NCBI GenBank assembly: GCA_964247135.1
Contig: CAXTTL010000158.1
Coordinates: forward strand, 1 to 11,367
Direction: 5' to 3'
DNA: 11,367 bases
Origin: an uncultured Deinococcales bacterium
GTDB taxonomy: Bacteria > Deinococcota > Deinococci > Deinococcales > JAAFIG01
Positions 1 through 6,321 of this stretch are shown here, piece after piece. Below the pieces are notes generated by a model that was given only the letters and a program-made list of their open reading frames with translations, was not told where the DNA came from and made no database searches. The number at the start of each line of letters is the position of its first letter. The stretch's first letter is position 1. Made by a program: the position numbers and the translations under genes.

Positions 1-1
1 C

Positions 2-844
2 AGAGATGCCGAAGTTTTGTTCGATTTTGATTATTCGGGGGTCAAAGAACTGCCCGAACGGACACCGAAAGTTCGCTGGATTCAAGCCAGCAGCGCGGGC
101 ATTGGACAATTTATAACGCGCCAAAATTACGCCCGCATGAACGCCGTGTTCACCACCTCGAGCGGCGTTCACGCCCGACCGCTCGCCGAGTACACCATCA
201 TGAGTATGCTCGAGGTCGTCAAGCAACGCGAACTCGCCCGAAGACAGCAGCTCGAGCACCGTTGGCAGCGTTTTAGCACCGTGGAACTCTCTAACAAAAC
301 CCTGGCGATTGTTGGGCTGGGCAAGATTGGACTCGAGGTTGCCAAACTCGCCAAAGCCTTTGACATGCGCGTGATTGGCAGCAAACGTCATGTTGAAGGG
401 CTGAATGCCTCGAGCATGGGCGTTGATGCGCTTTTCCCTTGGACGGACTTGTACGCGATGTTGGCACAAGCCGACTTTGTTTGCCTTGCCACGCCGCACA
501 CGCCTGAAACCGAAAACCTGATGGATGAGGCGGCATTTACGGCGCTCAAACCAGGCGCGACCCTGATCAATATCGCTCGAGGCGCGGTGGTGGTCGAGGC
601 TGCCATGATCGGGGCGCTCGAGTCTGGTCGTTTGGCTCATGCGGCGCTCGATGTGGTCGCCACAGAACCATTGCCGCCGCATAGTCCGCTGTGGGACATG
701 CCGAACGTCTCGATTTACCATCACTCTGCCAGCACCAACGACCGCGAAAACCAGCGAATTGTCGAGCTGTTTTGTCAAAACCTGAAACTTTACCTCGAGC
801 AAAAACCGTTGTTGAACACTTTAAATATTGCGCAAATGTATTGA
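2..844 (+). CDS. D-isomer-specific 2-hydroxyacid dehydrogenase (NAD(P)-dependent), 5'-partial
   Basis: Rossmann motif IVGLGKIG, ATPHTPET, LINIARG (catalytic Arg), ALDV..EPL (Glu) and a His at the usual position (IYHHSAS). The frame is open to the window edge (RDAEVLFDF...), so the true start is probably upstream. Confidence 0.93.
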   Translation, partial: RDAEVLFDFDYSGVKELPERTPKVRWIQASSAGIGQFITRQNYARMNAVFTTSSGVHARPLAEYTIMSMLEVVKQRELARRQQLEHRWQRFSTVELSNKTLAIVGLGKIGLEVAKLAKAFDMRVIGSKRHVEGLNASSMGVDALFPWTDLYAMLAQADFVCLATPHTPETENLMDEAAFTALKPGATLINIARGAVVVEAAMIGALESGRLAHAALDVVATEPLPPHSPLWDMPNVSIYHHSASTNDRENQRIVELFCQNLKLYLEQKPLLNTLNIAQMY

Positions 845-862
845 AATTGTTGAATGCTTCTT

Positions 863-1819
863 TCAGCCTATTTGAACTTTCGACCACTCGAGCAAAGCTC
901 TTTTGGCTTGCTCGAGGTTTGTGACTTCACCAGATTCTTGCAGGGTTTTGAGAAACCCCATCGCTTGCCCCACAGACTTTCCAGGCTCGAGGTTCAAGAA
1001 ATCCATGACTTGCTCGCCGTTCATCAAGACCTTGAGGCTCGAGTGTTGTTTCATCGCCTCAAGCACCATGTCGATTTGATACTGATAGCCGAGTCGGGAT
1101 TGTTCATTGCTGGCGGGACCTCGAGCGGCTTCGCGGTCGGCGATCATGACTTGCAATAACTCTGGCAGGATTTTTTGATTGCGCCTGACGAATCTGGCGG
1201 CGCTGGTTTGATCGGCTGGCAGTCGAATCATGTGGCGGTCAACCATGCTCGAGACGCGTTCGACAATGACTTGTTCAAAACCAATGCGGGTCAGTAAAAC
1301 CCGAGTCACTTTTGCACCGATTTGGTCGTGGGCAAAAAAACTCCAACGCTCTCGCACCACATCCCAGGTTTTGGCGGCGGGTTTGCCAATGTCGTGAAAC
1401 AGGGTGGCGAGGCGAGTCTCGAGGGTTGAATCTGGGAATGTGCTGACGAGCCGTGCAAGTGCTTCGATGCTGTGATCCAAAACATCCAGATGATGAAAAC
1501 CACCAAATTGCTCCACCCCGCGACACGCCTCGAGTTCGGGCAGGAATTTCTCGAGCAAACTTGCGTCCGCCATCAGTTGAATTCCTCGGGCGGCGTGATT
1601 GGATTTGATGACCGCCGTGAAATCGTGAAGGATATTCTGATTCCTGGAAACTTCGCGCAACCACGTTTCGGTTTGAGGCTCGAGCTGTAAAGAATGCTGA
1701 CAAGCGAGCTGTACGGCTTTTAAAGGACGCTCGAGCAGGGTTTGATGATCCTCAACCCTCAGAATGTTCCCAACCCTCGAGAAACCTGGCTCAATGGTCT
1801 TGGTTGGTTTGAAAAACAC
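863..1819 (-). CDS. HD-domain protein resembling the body/HD/tail region of class II CCA-adding enzymes, with no recognisable nucleotidyltransferase head
   Basis: Motifs LPELEACRGVEQFGGFHHLDVLDHS, LFHDIGKP, FFAHDQIGA, HM, AD and C-terminal LMNGEQVMDFLNLEPGKSVG. Start moved from 1870 to in-frame GTG at 1819, which lies 6 nt after a TACACT -10 box. Confidence 0.85.
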   Translation of the reverse strand: MFFKPTKTIEPGFSRVGNILRVEDHQTLLERPLKAVQLACQHSLQLEPQTETWLREVSRNQNILHDFTAVIKSNHAARGIQLMADASLLEKFLPELEACRGVEQFGGFHHLDVLDHSIEALARLVSTFPDSTLETRLATLFHDIGKPAAKTWDVVRERWSFFAHDQIGAKVTRVLLTRIGFEQVIVERVSSMVDRHMIRLPADQTSAARFVRRNQKILPELLQVMIADREAARGPASNEQSRLGYQYQIDMVLEAMKQHSSLKVLMNGEQVMDFLNLEPGKSVGQAMGFLKTLQESGEVTNLEQAKRALLEWSKVQIG

Positions 1820-1831
1820 CTCAAGAGTGTA
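1817..1831 (-). promoter_or_regulatory. Putative leaderless promoter (-10 TACACT, 6 nt before GTG)
   Basis: Minus strand reads TACACT-CTTGAG-GTG, the spacing typical of leaderless transcripts. Confidence 0.5.
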
Positions 1832-1981
1832 ACGCGATTCTCCACAAATGACGGATTTGTTGCTCGGCAATGCGCTCGGAAAGACTCGAGAATTCCAGAA
1901 TTGGGTGTCTGAAATCTGCGAAAGCTCGAGATTGCATCAAAGAACCAAATCTCCAGATCGTGAGTGTGTCACGCTCAGGAC

Positions 1982-2986
1982 ATGAGAAATTCCCAATTCG
2001 TCTTGAGGTTAGGGCTTCGTTCAATGTTTGTGTTTTCGTTGGCGCTGCTGGCATCTTGTGCGCCCGCAACGTCGTCCAATGCGCCCTCAATCGTCGATGC
2101 CGCGCCCGCCGCCCGACTGCCTGGCATGGAAAAATCCCAGTTTGTCGTGTTGGCTGGCGAACGGGTTTATTTTGAAGTTGGCGGTCAAGGTACGCCCGTC
2201 GTCATGGTTCACGGCATCGGCGCAGGAAACTCGAGCCATTTGTGGCGCGAGAACACGGCGCAACTGACCAAAACCCATCGTGTTTACGCCTTTGATTTTC
2301 CTGGTTTTGCGCGTTCTGGCGCTCGAGCGATTCAGTACACCAACGACTTGTACACCAATGTCTTGCGCGATTTTATTCGTGAAGTGGTGAAAGAACCGGT
2401 TCAGGTCATTGCCGGCAGTTTGGGTGCAGATTACACCATTCGGGTGGCGGTCGAAAATCCTGAACTGATCTCGAGGATGCTGCTTTCCAACCCGAGTGGT
2501 TATGATCTCAACAAACCCGAAAACAAGCAGGGTCGCACGCTCTTGACCACCACCAGCGCCCGCAATCAGGGTCTGTACGATCAATTCGCCAACACGTTCT
2601 TGGGTGATATCATTTTCACTACGCTGCAAAGCCCTGCCGGACTCAATTTTTTCTTGTACAACTACGTTTACCTCGATTGGCGACGCGTGACCGACGACCT
2701 GACCGATATTTACCGCGAAAACCTTCAGGGACCAAACAAGAAATACGCGCCGTTTTCGTTCTTCGCGGGTTTCCTCGAGCAACCCGTGGTTGAATTGTGG
2801 TCCAAAGTCACGCAGCCCACAATGCTGGTTTGGGGAAAGGATGACATTTTTACCCCGATTCGATTTTCAGTCCCGATGCTCGAGGCTCGAAAAGATGTAA
2901 GGTTTGAGGTGTTGAACGCTCGAGCGGTTCCGTATGATGAAGACTTCAAAAGATTCAACCAACTTGCCGAGGATTTTCTGAAATGA
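1982..2986 (+). CDS. Lipoprotein alpha/beta-fold hydrolase
   Basis: Lipobox LLASC after a hydrophobic stretch. Motifs VMVHGIG, FDFPGFARS, nucleophile elbow AGSLG and WGKDD. ATG at 1982 preferred over GTG at 1964. Confidence 0.88.
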   Translation: MRNSQFVLRLGLRSMFVFSLALLASCAPATSSNAPSIVDAAPAARLPGMEKSQFVVLAGERVYFEVGGQGTPVVMVHGIGAGNSSHLWRENTAQLTKTHRVYAFDFPGFARSGARAIQYTNDLYTNVLRDFIREVVKEPVQVIAGSLGADYTIRVAVENPELISRMLLSNPSGYDLNKPENKQGRTLLTTTSARNQGLYDQFANTFLGDIIFTTLQSPAGLNFFLYNYVYLDWRRVTDDLTDIYRENLQGPNKKYAPFSFFAGFLEQPVVELWSKVTQPTMLVWGKDDIFTPIRFSVPMLEARKDVRFEVLNARAVPYDEDFKRFNQLAEDFLK

Positions 2987-3609
2987 AGATTGCTTTGTTT
3001 GGCGCAACCAGGGGGATCGGCAAAGAAATCTTGCTGCAAAGCATCGAACGCGGTCATTCGGTCACGGCACTGGTACGCGACGCGAGTAAACTTGATGTCA
3101 GTTGTGCCAATTTAAACGTGGTTCAAGGTGATGTGCTGAACTTGAAAGCGGTAATCAAAACGCTCGAGGGCAATGAAGTGGCAATGGTGGCTTTGGGCGG
3201 CAAGCCAGGGCAAAGTCAGCGTCCTTGCGCGGAAGGCACCAAAAACATTTTGGCTGGCATGAAACTTCACGGCATCAAAAGAATCATCGCCGTGACCTCA
3301 CTTGGCGTTGGCGACTCGAGGGGTCAGGCTGGGTTTTTCTTTGAGAAAATTCTTGTTCCACTGCTTCTGAAAGCCGAATTTGCCGACAAGGAATTGCAAG
3401 AACGATACATCAGTGACAGCAAGCTCGAGTATGTGATTGCGCGACCTTCGGGCTTGACGAACAAACCAGCCTCGCACAACTACCACGCAGGGAAAATCCT
3501 GAGTGGATCAGTCACCAAAACCGTTCCCCGAGCCGATGTCGCCCATTTTTGTCTCGAGCAACTTGGTGCAACACCATTTCTAAACCAAGCGGTCAGCCTC
3601 AGCAACTAA
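2983..3609 (+). CDS. NAD(P)H-binding atypical SDR (flavin reductase / biliverdin reductase B-like)
   Basis: MKIALFGATRGIG, VTALVRD, GDVLN, IARPSGL and VPRADVA. ATGA overlap with the upstream gene. Confidence 0.92.
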   Translation: MKIALFGATRGIGKEILLQSIERGHSVTALVRDASKLDVSCANLNVVQGDVLNLKAVIKTLEGNEVAMVALGGKPGQSQRPCAEGTKNILAGMKLHGIKRIIAVTSLGVGDSRGQAGFFFEKILVPLLLKAEFADKELQERYISDSKLEYVIARPSGLTNKPASHNYHAGKILSGSVTKTVPRADVAHFCLEQLGATPFLNQAVSLSN

Positions 3610-3636
3610 AAAACCCTCGAGCATCAAACCCGAGGG
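3608..3636 (-). terminator. Rho-independent terminator downstream of the tRNA 3' end
   Basis: Minus strand CCCTCGGGT-TTGAT-GCTCGAGGG followed by TTTTTT. It may also act on the + strand, where ATTTCTTTT follows the stem. Confidence 0.8.
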
Positions 3637-3644
3637 ATTTCTTT

Positions 3645-3702
3645 TGGCGGAGAGGGAGAGATTCGAACTCTCGGTACGGTTTCCCGTACACACACTTTCC
3701 AG
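3645..3702 (-). tRNA. 3' fragment of tRNA-Ser(GGA), from anticodon loop to CCA; att junction of the integrated element
   Basis: Minus strand CTGGAAA GTGTG TGTACGGGAAACCGTACC GAGAG TTCGAATCTCTC CCTCTCC G CCA contains the anticodon loop, long variable arm, T arm and encoded CCA. The upstream sequence has no 5' anticodon stem, D arm or 5' acceptor strand. Confidence 0.92.
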
Positions 3703-3845
3703 TTTCGGTAATACCCTCTAAGGTGCGTAAAAGTCCCGTGACAACAAATGAAGTCAGTGGGTGTTTCCACCGTGCGGTAAGCATCTTCTCGAGCTTTCTA
3801 TTACCCGTCTCTTCACTTGATGTTTATTGACTTTTCGTAACCTAT

Positions 3846-3874
3846 CTCCCGAAAAACTCCCGAAAACTCCCGAA
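3846..3874 (+). repeat. Three direct repeats of CTCCCGAA; putative integrase arm-type binding sites
   Basis: CTCCCGAA at 3846, 3857 and 3867 (11 and 10 bp spacing), between the att core and the integrase stop codon. Confidence 0.7.
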
Positions 3875-3888
3875 CTGCCAATTCTATT

Positions 3889-5262
3889 TTAGTTGAGTGG
3901 CACGGCAGCAATGACACGGGTCGGATTTGGAAGGGTAAACAAATCAAGAACATGCTCTTTCATCTCGGAATCCAAAACATGACGATACGTGTCAAGCGTG
4001 ATACTGATTTTTGCGTGTCCAAGGGTTTTAGATACCACCTCAACAGGAACGCCTTTTCTTAAGGCGAGTGTCGCGTAGGTATGGCGTAAGTCGTGAGGGC
4101 GCAAACGTGGCAGTGTTTCACCCGAACGAATAACAGCCTCGAGTCTGGCTTGCTCTGCCTTGCGTCCAAACTTTCTAACGACTCGCATCCGTTTCTCGAG
4201 ATCATCAGGGCTAGACCATTTCAAAACACTTGCAAGGGCATGGTGAAACTGTGACGGGTGAATCCAAGCCCCTACTTGGCTTGCAAAAACCGCGCCCGAA
4301 TTTTGCCAAGCAATACCAGCGTTTTCTTTATCGAGTTTTTGCCGCTCGAGATGAATTTTTAACAGACTGACAAGACTTGGAGGCATTCTAATATCTCGGT
4401 TGCTTTTGGTGGTCTTGGGTTTATCTTCAAAAACCTTTCCATCATCTAACCCACGGGTGCTCCTGACCTTCAGAATGGCTTTCTCGAGGTTGAGATTGTC
4501 CCAAGACAAACCAAGCGCCTCACCCTTTCGCAAGCCCACAGAAACCACCGTGAACAACATAGCCCACATGCGACACAAGCCAACTTCAAACATTGCATTA
4601 CCCAGTTCTTGAAATCGGACAAGCTGTTGGAAGTCCAATGTTGTGCCTACGGGTTCAATATCCCTTAATTGTGGAACAATTCGAGACACCTTCAATGATT
4701 CGGCAGGACTGAAAACAATCAATTTTTCTGTCACCGCTTCACGAAACACTTGACGAAGGCGTGTTAGGACTTTGGCAAGTGTACGGACTGCCATTGTGCG
4801 TTCGGTCAGTTTGCCGCGTTGCCCTTTCATTTTCCTCTCTGCCAAGGTACTCAACACATCCTTAAGATGCGGCGCGAAAATGTCTTTAATCAACATCTTG
4901 CCAAGCGGAATTTTTGATTTACCCATTTCAACGTCAAGTGCGTACTGCATTTCATTTCTAAAAAGCTTGGCACTTCTCGAGCGCAAATGCTTTTGACGGG
5001 CAATCACCGTTGCCGTGAATTCCTCGAGCGTCGTTTTGTTCGGAGGTGCGAGTACACCCCTAGCATGGTCAGCACGGGTTAATTGAATAGCTTTCTCAGC
5101 TTCGCTTTTGTTCGGACTCAGACCACGATGCCTTACACCGTCAAGAATGATCTGCCATCGCGCCTTACCATTTGACTGTACCTCAATCGTTCCTTTGCCA
5201 TTCCCGCGCCGTTTGTCTGCTCGAGGTTTTGACTCTTTGATTTGCTCAATTGGTTCAGGCAT
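3889..5262 (-). CDS. int: Tyrosine recombinase / phage-type integrase
   Basis: Complete catalytic set: GLRKGEALGL (R), PKT (K), HDLRH (HxxR), LGH (H), LDTYRH (Y). N-terminal RRGNGKGTI arm-binding-like region. Adjacent to the att site. Confidence 0.96.
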   Translation of the reverse strand: MPEPIEQIKESKPRADKRRGNGKGTIEVQSNGKARWQIILDGVRHRGLSPNKSEAEKAIQLTRADHARGVLAPPNKTTLEEFTATVIARQKHLRSRSAKLFRNEMQYALDVEMGKSKIPLGKMLIKDIFAPHLKDVLSTLAERKMKGQRGKLTERTMAVRTLAKVLTRLRQVFREAVTEKLIVFSPAESLKVSRIVPQLRDIEPVGTTLDFQQLVRFQELGNAMFEVGLCRMWAMLFTVVSVGLRKGEALGLSWDNLNLEKAILKVRSTRGLDDGKVFEDKPKTTKSNRDIRMPPSLVSLLKIHLERQKLDKENAGIAWQNSGAVFASQVGAWIHPSQFHHALASVLKWSSPDDLEKRMRVVRKFGRKAEQARLEAVIRSGETLPRLRPHDLRHTYATLALRKGVPVEVVSKTLGHAKISITLDTYRHVLDSEMKEHVLDLFTLPNPTRVIAAVPLN

Positions 5263-5537
5263 TACAAACCGCTTTCGCTGGGTTGATACTCGAGTAAATC
5301 GTTTGGTGTAAACGTTTCGCCCGTGATTGAGTTCAAACCTGAAATAACATCCTCGAGCACGTCAAGACCTTTAGGCATGATCTGAGACTTGCGCCCTGTA
5401 ATGCGGTACAGCGTGACTTCTCGGGTTTTACCCCCAAGTTTTTCTATTTCTCGAGCCAGGTCACGGGCTTTGATGTCGTGTTTCTCGAGTACGTTTTTGA
5501 GTTTCCATTTGATCGGCACGGGTTGAATCATAACCAT
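5262..5537 (-). CDS. XRE/Cro-C1-type helix-turn-helix regulator
   Basis: IKWKLKNVLEKHDIKARDLAREI...TLYRI...TPNDLLEY pattern. Shine-Dalgarno GAGGTG upstream. TAATG stop/start overlap with the integrase. Confidence 0.8.
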   Translation of the reverse strand: MVMIQPVPIKWKLKNVLEKHDIKARDLAREIEKLGGKTREVTLYRITGRKSQIMPKGLDVLEDVISGLNSITGETFTPNDLLEYQPSESGL

Positions 5538-5557
5538 GTTTCTATCACCTCTGTTAT

Positions 5558-5598
5558 ATTCTATCGATATTGACAGAGTATGTCAAGTAGGATAGAAT
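5558..5598. promoter_or_regulatory. Overlapping divergent sigma70-type promoters forming a palindrome
   Basis: Plus strand TTGACA(5570)-N17-TAGAAT(5593). Minus strand TTGACA(5586)-N17-TAGAAT(5563). Confidence 0.85.
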
Positions 5599-5665
5599 GA
5601 CTTCACTCGAGAAGAACATCCACAAAGAAGCGTCTCGAGAAACCAAGTTCTAAGAAGGAGTAAAA

Positions 5666-5842
5666 ATGAAAGGCAATACCACGAAAAATGCCGTGCAAGA
5701 CAACCAAAAGACCTCGATCACCCAACCTGTCTACGGTCACATTACAGGGTTGAAACTCGAGCACAAGACCACAAAACAAGACACCAAAAGCGTTGACCTC
5801 ACCCTTGCGGTGTACCAGCACGCTCTTGGTCAGCAAGGCTAA
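5666..5842 (+). CDS. Small hypothetical protein, 58 aa (not in the ORF track)
   Basis: AAGGAG-N5-ATG downstream of the + promoter. Translates MKGNTTKNAVQDNQKTSITQPVYGHITGLKLEHKTTKQDTKSVDLTLAVYQHALGQQG. Confidence 0.6.
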   Translation: MKGNTTKNAVQDNQKTSITQPVYGHITGLKLEHKTTKQDTKSVDLTLAVYQHALGQQG

Positions 5843-5855
5843 AGCAAATTTAAAA

Positions 5856-5893
5856 CTCGAGAACGCCGCCCTTGGACAGAAAGCGTTCTCGAG
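5856..5893. repeat. 11 bp perfect inverted repeat
   Basis: CTCGAGAACGC-N16-GCGTTCTCGAG between two small ORFs. Confidence 0.75.
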
Positions 5894-5914
5894 AAACCCT
5901 CAAAGGAGTTCAAC

Positions 5915-6112
5915 ATGCAGACTATCAGCAACCCACGCGCAACACAAGGCAAGTACCGACACCTGACAAGTTCTGACTGGCAAGCCGTTCAAAACCGAAT
6001 CTCGACCACGAACGGCAAAGCCAGCATCACCACATCAAACGGGCGTGAAGTCAGTTTCACTCGAGCGGAAGTGCAGTATTTGAATCAAAAATACCGAATT
6101 GGGGGGATATGA
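5915..6112 (+). CDS. Small basic hypothetical protein, 65 aa
   Basis: Strong Shine-Dalgarno AAAGGAG before ATG. Lies in the element's divergent operon. Confidence 0.7.
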   Translation: MQTISNPRATQGKYRHLTSSDWQAVQNRISTTNGKASITTSNGREVSFTRAEVQYLNQKYRIGGI

Positions 6113-6321
6113 AACCTACCCTCTTACCTGTGTCTCGAGTACGAATTCTGACCACAGTATATGTTCAAGCATACAACTCAAGGCTCGAGAAGTTACCTAT
6201 TTTTGGCTTCAGAAGGTTGTCCTATGCGGACTGGAATAAACCACTGAATGAGTTTATTTCAGTCCGTAAATCCAAGCACCGTCTACAGCGCCAGTGGCGA
6301 TTCGAGAACCATCTGGGCTAA
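6109..6321 (+). CDS. Hypothetical protein, 70 aa (possibly a truncated remnant)
   Basis: ATGA overlap with the previous ORF and a G-rich upstream tract. Its 3' end overlaps the convergent WD40 gene by 68 bp. Confidence 0.4.
   Translation: MKPTLLPVSRVRILTTVYVQAYNSRLEKLPIFGFRRLSYADWNKPLNEFISVRKSKHRLQRQWRFENHLG

Noticed and set aside
169-3486. Numerous alternative-frame and antisense ORFs, including 2087-2782 (-, 231 aa)
   Set aside because: They are shadows of well-supported genes and show no recognisable motifs.
3645-3735. Intact functional tRNA-Ser gene
   Set aside because: No D arm, 5' anticodon stem or 5' acceptor strand upstream of the anticodon loop.
3549-3830. ORFs 3549-3830 (+) and 3599-3784 (-)
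   Set aside because: They run across the terminator, tRNA fragment and att region, so they are spurious translations of non-coding DNA.
5603-5836. 77 aa minus-strand ORF
   Set aside because: No RBS and antisense to the + strand 58 aa ORF, which has a promoter and strong RBS.
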